64,000 nt of DNA from Candidatus Limnocylindrales bacterium (GTDB lineage Bacteria > Moduliflexota > Moduliflexia > Moduliflexales > JAUQPW01): the NCBI GenBank assembly GCA_035559535.1, contig DATMBG010000008.1, forward strand, positions 1 to 64,000, read 5' to 3'. Positions 40,585 through 49,151 of the stretch are shown piece after piece. Made by a program: the position numbers and the translations under genes. Position 1 is the stretch's first letter. Every line of letters begins with the position of its first letter. A model generated the notes under the pieces. That model saw only the letters and a program-made list of their open reading frames with translations. It was not told the DNA's origin and searched no databases.

Positions 40585-42039
40585 CTAGATACCGTACTTT
40601 TTCCGGCGCCGTCTAAGGGTTGCTTCATCGATGCCCAGGATTTGAGCGGCTTCTTCCAGGGATTTTGCCACAGCCAGTACACGTCGGATATGTTCTTCTT
40701 CGATCTTATCCAGAGGGACTGGATCTCCGATACGGAGGGTAGAAGTTCGGGGAGATAAAGTGGAGGGGAGATGTTCAGGTCCAATCCATTCGGTTTGGCA
40801 GAGTATCGTTGCTCGTTCCACAACGTTACGCAGCTCACGGACGTTGCCGGGCCAGGTGTAGTGGCGTAAGATCTCCAGGGCTTTATCGGTAAAACCTAAA
40901 ATTCGCCGATGGTTTTGTTGACTGAAAAATGCCAGAAGGTGTTCTGCCAGGGGACCGATATCCTCAGGGCGCTCCCGTAAAGGAGGAATTTCTATTTGGA
41001 TCACGTTGAGTCGATAGAAGAGATCTTCCCGGAAACGGCCCTCTTTGACGGCTGCTTCCAAATTTTGATTAGTTGCCGCAATCACCCGGACATCTGCCTG
41101 TCGAGTTCGGGGATCACCGATGCGCTCGTATTGTCGGTCTTGGACGAAACGTAGCAATTTGGGTTGGAGGGCAAGGGGTAAGTCCCCTATTTCATCCAGG
41201 AGGATAGTTCCGCCTTCACATAGGGCAATACGTCCGGGGTGATCCCGAACTGCACCGGTAAAGGCCCCTCTCACATGCCCAAAAAGCTCGCTCTCCAAAA
41301 GTTCTGGTGAAAGAGAAGGACAAGATACCACGGAAAAGGGTTTATTTGCTCGAGGGCTCCAGGCATGGATGGCACGGGCCAGTACCCCTTTACCCGTTCC
41401 GCTCTCTCCGTGGATGAGAATTGTAGCATTGCTTTCGGCAAATTGACGGGCCAGGGCGAGGGTTCGTTGCATCGTCGGGTTGGTACTGGTCAGGTCTACC
41501 TCGGGATTTGCCTGCCCCAGGGCTTCTTGCAGGGCTATAACCTTCTCTTCCAGCGCACGAACTTCTGCGACTCTTCGAACTACAAGATTTACCTGGGAAG
41601 GGATAAAGGGCTTGACCAGGTAATCTGCAGCACCACGCTTCATGGCTTCCACTGCAGTATCTACCGAGGCATAAGCCGTAATGACGATAATTTTAATCCA
41701 GGGGCTTATAGCCAAAAGTTGTGGGATTAAATCGAGACCCGTCTTTGTACCCAACCTTAAATCCACAAAAGCCAGATCAAAGGATCTGCTGGAAGCTTCA
41801 GTAAGGGCATCTCGAGAGTTGCTGACGGTAACAACCCCATGGCCCTCTCCTTCCAGATACATACTCAGGGTCTTTCGAATATTTGGCTCATCATCTACAA
41901 TGAGAATATTCAGCTTAGAAGGGATCAATTTCTGGTTAACCATGGAGATGTTCTCGGATAGATTTTTCACCGGCCGGTTAAAGAATTTAAGAACATTTTC
42001 TGAGCTTTTTGAAGCTCTTAACGCTTCGTGTGGGATCAT
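40585..42039 (-). CDS. Sigma54-dependent response regulator (NtrC/AlgB family: REC-AAA+-HTH)
   Basis: IVDDE, GESGTGK, LFGHVRGAFTGA, LLDEIG, FREDLFYRLNV, WPGNVREL, HTH AAQILGID; start may be 41943. Confidence 0.95.
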   Translation of the reverse strand: MIPHEALRASKSSENVLKFFNRPVKNLSENISMVNQKLIPSKLNILIVDDEPNIRKTLSMYLEGEGHGVVTVSNSRDALTEASSRSFDLAFVDLRLGTKTGLDLIPQLLAISPWIKIIVITAYASVDTAVEAMKRGAADYLVKPFIPSQVNLVVRRVAEVRALEEKVIALQEALGQANPEVDLTSTNPTMQRTLALARQFAESNATILIHGESGTGKGVLARAIHAWSPRANKPFSVVSCPSLSPELLESELFGHVRGAFTGAVRDHPGRIALCEGGTILLDEIGDLPLALQPKLLRFVQDRQYERIGDPRTRQADVRVIAATNQNLEAAVKEGRFREDLFYRLNVIQIEIPPLRERPEDIGPLAEHLLAFFSQQNHRRILGFTDKALEILRHYTWPGNVRELRNVVERATILCQTEWIGPEHLPSTLSPRTSTLRIGDPVPLDKIEEEHIRRVLAVAKSLEEAAQILGIDEATLRRRRKKYGI

Positions 42040-42051
42040 TCCCTTCTCCGG

Positions 42052-42438
42052 TTACCGGGAACTCTGGATCTTCTTTTCTTCACTTTCCTCTAAAAGCTCC
42101 TTTATCTTTTGTTTGAGAGCGGTTAAATCGGCAGATTTTACGATATAGCCGTTAGAGAGCCAGACACTAAAATCCTGCTGTTTGTATTCTCCATAAGCCG
42201 TAGAAAGAATAATGGGTAAATTTCGATGGGTCTCTCGGATGGTTCTCAGAAATTCAATACCATCCATTTCAGGCATTCGGATATCCAGAACGACCAGATC
42301 AGGATTGTGAGCTTTTACGCTTTCGAGTCCTTCTCTTCCATTAGAGGCTGTTATCACCTCATAACCTTCCTCTTTTAATTCTTCCTCATAGAGAAGGCGG
42401 ATATTCTCTTCGTCATCTACAACGAGTATCTTTTTCAT
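42052..42438 (-). CDS. Stand-alone response regulator receiver protein
   Basis: MKKILVVDDEE, VLDIRMPEMDG, YIVKS. Confidence 0.9.
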   Translation of the reverse strand: MKKILVVDDEENIRLLYEEELKEEGYEVITASNGREGLESVKAHNPDLVVLDIRMPEMDGIEFLRTIRETHRNLPIILSTAYGEYKQQDFSVWLSNGYIVKSADLTALKQKIKELLEESEEKKIQSSR

Positions 42439-42450
42439 AGTCGAAAAGAT

Positions 42451-42493
42451 CTGAGGTTGAAGCTTGAAAGGAGTTTTCAAGCTTCAACCTCAG
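42451..42493. repeat. Perfect 19-bp inverted repeat with heptamer periodicity
   Basis: CTGAGGTTGAAGCTTGAAA-GGAGT-TTTCAAGCTTCAACCTCAG between the kinase and receiver genes. Confidence 0.85.
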
Positions 42494-42504
42494 GTCTTAA
42501 GTCT

Positions 42505-44889
42505 CTAAGAGGTTGTCGGAGGATTCACAGGGAGATTAATTACGAAGGTTACTCCCTTTCCGGGTCTATTTTTAACATAGATGGTCCCGTGATGGTTTTC
42601 AATAATTCTACGGGCAATGGCCAGTCCGAGTCCGGTACCCGAATGTTTGGTTGTAAAAAATGGATTGAAAATGTTATCTAAAATCTCCGGTGGGATACCT
42701 CCTCCGGTATCACTAAACTCGATGGTAACGCCATCTTGGGCTCCCAGACGATTATTATATGTGACAATATTCAGGCGTCCTTTCTCGGACATAGCTTCAA
42801 TGGAATTATTGATGATATTAATAAAGACTTGTTTGATTTGCTGGGCATCCACCTGGACTTTATGAAGTTCGGTAAAAAAGATGGTATTTACTTCGATGTT
42901 CTTTTCGGCTATATCCTCAGAAAGGACCTCAATGGTTTCTGAAATAAGAGTATTGATATCGCTGGTTTGCAATCTGAGTTCGGATTTTTTCGAAAAAGCC
43001 AGGACATCTTCCAGAATTTTTTCAAGGCGAGTAGTCTCTTTGATAATGATATCTACGTATTTACGACTTTGTTCTCCAAGATTCACGTCTTTGCCCAGAC
43101 GTCTGGCAAAACCCCCCAAAGCCGACAGGGGGTTTCGAATTTCATGGGCTAAAGCTGCTGCCATTTTACCTAAGGCTGCGAGCTTTTCAGACTGAACGAG
43201 TTGATCCTGAACCTCTTTGAGCCGGGCGTTACGATCTTCCAGATGTGCGTACAGGGTTGCATTTTCTATGGCCAATGCGGCTTGATCGGCAAACATCTGA
43301 AGAAGATTCATGTCTTTGTCTGTAATGGGTAAGTGATTATAAGCGTTGTCTACGTAAAGAACCCCGATAACTTTGTCCTTGGCAATAAGAGGTACGGTGG
43401 CAAATCGAGTAACCCCCAGGGTTTGTATAAGTCCCCGGCTTTCTCCCAGGTAATCCGACTCTTCTGTGACATTGAAGGCTCTTTTTTCGATGACGGTTTT
43501 AGCTAAAACCCCCTGGGTGGGATGAATAGGGATCCATATCTTTTTTGCGGCTCTTTCAAATTCGGTTTCTTCTGAAGGTTTTACGTCTTCGGTAATCATT
43601 TCTACCAGGGGTTTATTTTCAGCAGGTTTTCTACTCCAGATGCGACTGGCTTCTTCGGGATTGCTTGGGCCGACTCCCATAATACCACGGAGTTGATTAC
43701 TGGCTTCATTGACCAGGAAAAGGATCGCCCGATTAAATCCTAATCCTCCACCAATGGTTACGCCCGTAAGAATAATTTTTAAAAGTCGATCCAACTTGAC
43801 GGTGGATCTCATGGCGGTGTTGATATGGTATAAAATAGAAAGCTCTTTCAGCCTGAGCCAGTTATCTGAAGCCAGTTCTTCCATCCTTTCATAATACCTG
43901 GCATGTTCGATGGCGATAGAGGCATGGCTGGCCAAGGCCAACAGTAAATTTAAATCATCTTCTGAGAAGCTTTGACGGCCTGTAGCAGGATCTTTATCCA
44001 GCAGAGCCAGAGTACCTATCATATAATTTCGGCCTTTAATAGGTACACAGAGAATCGAGTTGACCCGATATCGGGTGCTTTGTAAGAAGTGAGGGTTCTT
44101 GGAGGCATCGGGTGCCAGGACCGGTTCTCCACTTTCGGCCACCCATCCCGCAATACCTTCTCCTACTTTAAGCTCTAAACGAACGATGTCTTCTTTCTGA
44201 ATCCCATAGGTTGCTTTAACGGTCAGCATGCCGGTATGTTGATTAATGAGCCTCAAAATACACCCTCTGGCATTGGTAATCTCCGTAGCAGCTTTTGCGA
44301 TTAAATTGAGAAGATCAGGTAGATTAATCAGGGTAGAACTCAGGGCCTGACTGACTTCCACCATTTTGGTTTGTATATAGAGTTTTTGTTTTAAATCTTG
44401 AAGTAATTGGTGGGTTCGAACAATGCCGGAGATCTGAGAAGCGATGATGAATAGTAATTTGATATCTGTTTCCAGGAAATCGTTGGGGGTGGCCGAGTGA
44501 ACACAGATAACTCCCAAACAAGAGCCCTTTTCGTCCAGGATAGGCACGGAAAGTAGAGATTTAAAAGGAATAGATAACCCGCCGGATCCAGAATCCATCT
44601 GGAGGAACCCGTCTTGAGCAATCTGCACTTTTTTAGTTTCGGCAGTTTGTCCGATAATTCCTTCCCCTCTCTTAAACTTAAGATGATTCAGTAGATTCGG
44701 GTCTAAGCCTTTGGTTGCTTTGAGGATTAATTCATCGCCTTCGTTGAGATAAATAGAGCAGGCATCTGCCTGCGTCATTACTGCCGTAATCGTTACGATC
44801 TCTTGAAGCCGGTCGTTCAGGTCCAGGGAGGAATTAGCGGTACGGGCAATTTTATCTAAAATATCCAGTTCAATATTGGTAGATATCAT
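42505..44889 (-). CDS. Cytoplasmic sensor histidine kinase with three GAF domains
   Basis: Three GAF-like segments (GEGIIG, GEGIAGWVA, FATVPLIAKDKVIGVLYVDN); AHEIRNPL, NPFFTTK, GTGLGL; ATGA overlap with galT. Confidence 0.9.
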   Translation of the reverse strand: MISTNIELDILDKIARTANSSLDLNDRLQEIVTITAVMTQADACSIYLNEGDELILKATKGLDPNLLNHLKFKRGEGIIGQTAETKKVQIAQDGFLQMDSGSGGLSIPFKSLLSVPILDEKGSCLGVICVHSATPNDFLETDIKLLFIIASQISGIVRTHQLLQDLKQKLYIQTKMVEVSQALSSTLINLPDLLNLIAKAATEITNARGCILRLINQHTGMLTVKATYGIQKEDIVRLELKVGEGIAGWVAESGEPVLAPDASKNPHFLQSTRYRVNSILCVPIKGRNYMIGTLALLDKDPATGRQSFSEDDLNLLLALASHASIAIEHARYYERMEELASDNWLRLKELSILYHINTAMRSTVKLDRLLKIILTGVTIGGGLGFNRAILFLVNEASNQLRGIMGVGPSNPEEASRIWSRKPAENKPLVEMITEDVKPSEETEFERAAKKIWIPIHPTQGVLAKTVIEKRAFNVTEESDYLGESRGLIQTLGVTRFATVPLIAKDKVIGVLYVDNAYNHLPITDKDMNLLQMFADQAALAIENATLYAHLEDRNARLKEVQDQLVQSEKLAALGKMAAALAHEIRNPLSALGGFARRLGKDVNLGEQSRKYVDIIIKETTRLEKILEDVLAFSKKSELRLQTSDINTLISETIEVLSEDIAEKNIEVNTIFFTELHKVQVDAQQIKQVFINIINNSIEAMSEKGRLNIVTYNNRLGAQDGVTIEFSDTGGGIPPEILDNIFNPFFTTKHSGTGLGLAIARRIIENHHGTIYVKNRPGKGVTFVINLPVNPPTTS

Positions 44890-45887
44890 AGTTCTATTTC
44901 CCTTAAATGCTTGGAGGCTTCTTCCGGAGGGGTTGGATTGATGTAAAAATCCGTACCCCGCTCAAATCCGGCTGTTTTAGTTAGTCTGGGCATGATTTCC
45001 AGATGCCAGTGATAGAAATCCACAGAGTAATCATCATGGAGAGGAGCCGTATGGATAAAATAGTTATAGGGTGGATTTTGTAGCACCTTATCCATTCGAT
45101 TTAAGAGGTCCTGAAGGATTTTTGCCAGAGATCCGTATTCACTTTCCCGGCAGTTCTCGAAGTGAGAGATATGGCGTTTGGGCAAAATCCACACCTCAAA
45201 GGGGAATCGGGGAGCGTAGGGAGAAAAACCTACAAAACTCTCATTCTCAAGGATAAAACGAGTTTTGGCTCCCAGTTCCTGCCGGACCATATCACAAAAG
45301 ATACAGCGTTCTCGATCGTTGAAATACTTTCGGGATCCATTCATTTCTTCGATAACAGCTTTCGGGAGTACCGGTAGGGCAATCAATTGGGAGTGGGGAT
45401 GTTCTAAGGAGGCTCCGGCAGCTGCTCCATGATTTTTAAAGATCAAGATGTACTTAAATCGCATATCCTTTTTTAAATCCATAATCCGATCCCGATAAGC
45501 CCACAGCATATCTTCGACTCCCTTTAAGGACATCAGAGGGAGGGTTCCATCATGATTGGGAGTCTCTATAATCACTTCATGGGCTCCAATCCCATTCATT
45601 TTGTCATACATCCCTTCACCCACCTTATCTAAATCTCCTTCAATCTGTAAGGCCGGGAATTTATTGGGCACCACCCGGAGGGTCCACCCTGGTGAATTAG
45701 GAGCACTGGGGTAAGGGCGATAGACTAACACTTCAGGGGGTGTTGAGCTCTCGTTACCCGGACAAAAAGGGCAAAACCCACCTTTCCTCTGTTCTACCGT
45801 GTTTTTAAAATCCGAAGGTCGTTTACCACGTTCGGTTGCTATAATTACCCACCTGCCACAAACAGGATCTTTACGCAGTTCTGGCAC
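44886..45887 (-). CDS. galT: Galactose-1-phosphate uridylyltransferase-family nucleotidyltransferase
   Basis: PELRKDPV, CPFCPGNE, VVPNKFPAL, GASLEHPHSQ (HPH catalytic motif); GTG start at 45887 inferred from the family N-terminus. Confidence 0.9.
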   Translation of the reverse strand: MPELRKDPVCGRWVIIATERGKRPSDFKNTVEQRKGGFCPFCPGNESSTPPEVLVYRPYPSAPNSPGWTLRVVPNKFPALQIEGDLDKVGEGMYDKMNGIGAHEVIIETPNHDGTLPLMSLKGVEDMLWAYRDRIMDLKKDMRFKYILIFKNHGAAAGASLEHPHSQLIALPVLPKAVIEEMNGSRKYFNDRERCIFCDMVRQELGAKTRFILENESFVGFSPYAPRFPFEVWILPKRHISHFENCRESEYGSLAKILQDLLNRMDKVLQNPPYNYFIHTAPLHDDYSVDFYHWHLEIMPRLTKTAGFERGTDFYINPTPPEEASKHLREIEL

Positions 45888-45900
45888 TGATCTTAAAGTC

Positions 45901-45977
45901 ATGGGTATAGAAGTCAGAAGCCAGAAGTCAGAAGTAAGACTAAATTCTAACTTCAGACTTCTGGCTCCTATACCCAT
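45901..45977. repeat. Heptamer-repeat hairpin (AGAAGTC) between pfkA and galT
   Basis: ATGGGTATAG/CTATACCCAT closing stem plus AGAAGTC AGAAGCC AGAAGTC units and their complements. Confidence 0.8.
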
Positions 45978-45999
45978 CACGTGTCACCGATGGATAAGT

Positions 46000-47022
46000 T
46001 TATCCAAAGAAGACTTCTGCAATTTTATATAACTCCATATCGACAGGTTTAAAAGTATTTAAATCTTCAGAGAAGTCTACGCAGGTAACCTGGCTCCCTT
46101 GCAGGCAGACCATTTTCCCATATATTCCGGCTTCTATCAATTCTACGGCTTTAATACCAAATCTCGTTGCAAGAACCCGATCAAAAGCAGTTGGAGAGCC
46201 TCCCCGCTGAATATAGCCCAGAGCCGTTACCCGGGTTTCAAATCCCGTTCTTTTCTCTATTTCTTCGCTGAGGATATTTACGATCCCCGGAGATCCTGCA
46301 TAACTATATCCTTCTCGCTTTATCAAAAACTGTTGGTCTTCTCTAGGTTTGGCTCCTTCAGCCACCACGATAATGCTAAAATTTTTTCCACGTTTATGGC
46401 GGTTCCGAATAAACTTACAAACCTCTTCGATATCAAAGGGGATTTCTGGAATTAAAATACAGTCCGCTCCACCGGCGATGCCGGCAACGGTTGCAATCCA
46501 TCCGGCATGGTAGCCCATCACTTCCACGATCATCACCCGATTATGGGATTCGGCAGTTGTATGGAGACGATCGATAGCTTCGGTCACAACCGATACGGCA
46601 GTATCAAATCCAAAGGAGTAATCTGTGGCCTGGATATCATTTTCAATGGTTTTGGGAATTCCAACCACCGGAACTCCTTTCTCCGAAAGTGTTTTAGCAA
46701 TTCCCAGCGTATCTCCTCCTCCCACCACGATCAGAGCAGAAAGCCCTAATTCTTTTATATTATCTATGAGTCTTTGAACTCCTCCCTCATAATTGAGGGG
46801 GTTAATTCGAGATGTACCCAGAATGGTTCCGCCTTTATAAAGGAGACCGGAAACCGAATCCAGATTTAGAAACTCTACATCCTTTTCCATCAAACCTTTC
46901 CAACCACTCCGGATGCCTACCACTTCATAGCCTATTTTATAAGATTTTCTTACTACAGCTCGAATGACGGCGTTTAATCCCGGGCAATCTCCACCACCTG
47001 TTAATAAACCTATTCTTTTCAT
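46000..47022 (-). CDS. pfkA: PfkA-family phosphofructokinase-like protein with atypical active-site motifs
   Basis: LTGGGDCPGLNAVIR, GGTILGTSR, FGFDTA, TTAESH, QRGG; but GGGDT, PKTIEND and MGYHAG. Confidence 0.85.
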   Translation of the reverse strand: MKRIGLLTGGGDCPGLNAVIRAVVRKSYKIGYEVVGIRSGWKGLMEKDVEFLNLDSVSGLLYKGGTILGTSRINPLNYEGGVQRLIDNIKELGLSALIVVGGGDTLGIAKTLSEKGVPVVGIPKTIENDIQATDYSFGFDTAVSVVTEAIDRLHTTAESHNRVMIVEVMGYHAGWIATVAGIAGGADCILIPEIPFDIEEVCKFIRNRHKRGKNFSIIVVAEGAKPREDQQFLIKREGYSYAGSPGIVNILSEEIEKRTGFETRVTALGYIQRGGSPTAFDRVLATRFGIKAVELIEAGIYGKMVCLQGSQVTCVDFSEDLNTFKPVDMELYKIAEVFFG

Positions 47023-47106
47023 TAAAAATATACACTAAAAGTATAAGGGATCAGAAACGAAGAAGTTGGTTACGCTACTTCTTGATTCATCATAGATCCT
47101 TTAGCC

Positions 47107-48243
47107 TTATTTTAAAAGACGTTCTTGTGCGGCTCGGACTCCAGCCGACAGTTGGATGGGATATCCTAAATCGTATAGAGCCATTTCAAGTCCTGCAATG
47201 GCCGTAATCACATCAAATCGATCGGCAAACCCCAAATGGGCAATTCGGAAAATTTTTCCCTTGAGTTTATCCTGTCCTCCGGCAAGGGTAATGCCATATT
47301 TTTCCCGCAGGTGTTTAATCAGGCGACTACTATCTATACCTTCGGGTGATTTTACTGCCGTTACGGCATTGCTGGGTGATTCTGGGGCAAACAATTCAAG
47401 TCCCAGAGCTTGAACGGCAGCCCTTGTAGCCTCGGCCAGGCGAGCATGTCGCTCCACAACCTGATCCAGGCCTTCTGTTCGAATAAGTCGAAGGGTTTCC
47501 CTTAAAGCCATAACCAAAGGAACTGCCGGGGTGTAGGCATTTTCATTTTTATCCTGGGCTTTTTTCTCTTTTCTCAGATCAAAATAATATTTGGGGAGAT
47601 TGGATCTTTCGGCAAACCTCCAGGCCTTATCACTTACGCAGATAAACGAAAGCCCGGGAGGAATCATAAGGGCCTTCTGAGAGCCTGTAACCACAACATC
47701 CAGTTTCCAGGCATCCATTTCGATTTTGTAAACCCCAATCCCGGTGACCGCATCCACAATAAGCAGAGTTTGATCCAGTGGGCCTGTAATTTGGGCAATC
47801 CTTTCCACATCATGTTTAACTCCGGTTGAACTCTCTGTGAATTGGACAAAAACTGCTTTAATAGTCGGGTCTTTTTCAAGCCTGGATTTGATCTCTTCTG
47901 GATCGACCGCTTTCCCCCATTCCACATCGATTAAATCGACTTGAAGTCCATAGGCCATGCAAATATCTCGCCAGCGTTCGCCAAACTTTCCACCTTGAAC
48001 TACCAGTACCTTATCTCCGGAACATAAAAAATTACATACCGCCGCTTCCATACTTCCGGTACCCGAAGAGGTAAAAAAATAAACCTCCCGGTCTGTCTGG
48101 AACAGGTACTTTAATCCTTCTTTAACTTCTGCCAAAACCTCCTTAAATTCCGGCCCTCTATGATAAATAGCCGGTTTTGCCATGGCCAGTAAAGCTTCCG
48201 ATGGGATAGGTGTCGGACCCGGAGTCAAAAGATAACGTTTCAT
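47107..48243 (-). CDS. Class V PLP aminotransferase (alanine/serine-glyoxylate family)
   Basis: LLTPGPT, SSGTGSME, GKFGERW, VDAV, GSQKALMIPPG, FRIAHLG. Confidence 0.92.
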   Translation of the reverse strand: MKRYLLTPGPTPIPSEALLAMAKPAIYHRGPEFKEVLAEVKEGLKYLFQTDREVYFFTSSGTGSMEAAVCNFLCSGDKVLVVQGGKFGERWRDICMAYGLQVDLIDVEWGKAVDPEEIKSRLEKDPTIKAVFVQFTESSTGVKHDVERIAQITGPLDQTLLIVDAVTGIGVYKIEMDAWKLDVVVTGSQKALMIPPGLSFICVSDKAWRFAERSNLPKYYFDLRKEKKAQDKNENAYTPAVPLVMALRETLRLIRTEGLDQVVERHARLAEATRAAVQALGLELFAPESPSNAVTAVKSPEGIDSSRLIKHLREKYGITLAGGQDKLKGKIFRIAHLGFADRFDVITAIAGLEMALYDLGYPIQLSAGVRAAQERLLK

Positions 48244-48248
48244 AGGAC

Positions 48249-48859
48249 TATCTAGTCACAAAGATACCGAGACATCAAGATAAATACCCATTCGATTCAT
48301 CTGATTTGACAATCCCTTCTTCCCCTATAGGCGCCGGGATAAGGCGCCCCCACCCGGTCCTTCCCCCGTTTCACAGGGGAGGGAACTTCACTTCAGAGTT
48401 CCTTCCCCTGCAAAGCGGGGGGAAGGTTAGTAGGTTAAACGTCTCGTTTGACATTAAGGAGGCCCCCTCAGGGATTTCACTCTTATCCTGGCGTCCAGGC
48501 CCTCTTTCCCCCTAACCCCCTTCCTGAAGCGGGAAGGAGGGACTCAGGGATGGCCTGGATTCCCACTCTCCCCTCCCGGGGAAGAAAAGTCAGAGGGATC
48601 GAGTCCAAAACCCACCTCTCAGAGAGCCTCTTCCCCTCTACCGGTTCGGAACCCTTCCAGGGAGGTTAAAATAACCTTGTCGAAGAATGACCCTGGACCC
48701 TCAGTTAAAGGTAAAATATCCAAGGATCGCCGGGTTCAAGAGCTTACAGCAGGCTTCGTTAACTCAACGCAGGGCGTACAGGGGTATGAAAGGTCATAGG
48801 GGTTATCCAACTTTACATCTTCCTCTATCTAAGTGTCTTCGTGTCTTTGTGGCTAAATA
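48249..48859. repeat. ~610-bp composite element bounded by 34-bp imperfect inverted repeats and filled with REP-like hairpins
   Basis: 48249-82 TATCTAGTCACAAAGATACCGAGACATCAAGATA versus the reverse complement of 48826-59, TATTTAGCCACAAAGACACGAAGACACTTAGATA (26/34 by hand); several CCTTCCCC...GGGGAAGG hairpins inside. Confidence 0.65.
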
Positions 48860-48869
48860 ATTAATATTA

Positions 48870-48899
48870 AGTTTAAAAAACCACAACGTGTCCTGTCAA
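48870..48899 (-). promoter_or_regulatory. Sigma70-type promoter facing the aminotransferase operon
   Basis: Minus strand TTGACA (48899-94), 18 bp spacer, TAAACT (48875-70). Confidence 0.45.
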
Positions 48900-49151
48900 G
48901 ATGAATTCAGGTTAGCCAAGAATCCTCCTAAAAACATCTTGACTTTTATCCAACCTTGGTAGTACCTATTGAGGATAAAAAGCTGATCATTCATTTGATT
49001 ATTCCTTTTATGTAGTAAGGTAAGTGTCTATTTAGAAAAAGACAATACTATCTTCGGGATAGTGTAAAAAAGATACTGGAATGTGGGACACACATCGGGT
49101 TGCCATTTGATTTAGGCCCACATCAAACCTAGTTCTTAGGTAAAAAATTTT

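Noticed and set aside
48306-48669. Two short plus-strand ORFs
   Set aside because: They are Pro/Gly-rich translations of the REP-like hairpin cluster.
48960-49151. T-box leader upstream of aspS
   Set aside because: Small hairpins are present, but there is no GGTGGNACCGCG T-box motif or terminator.
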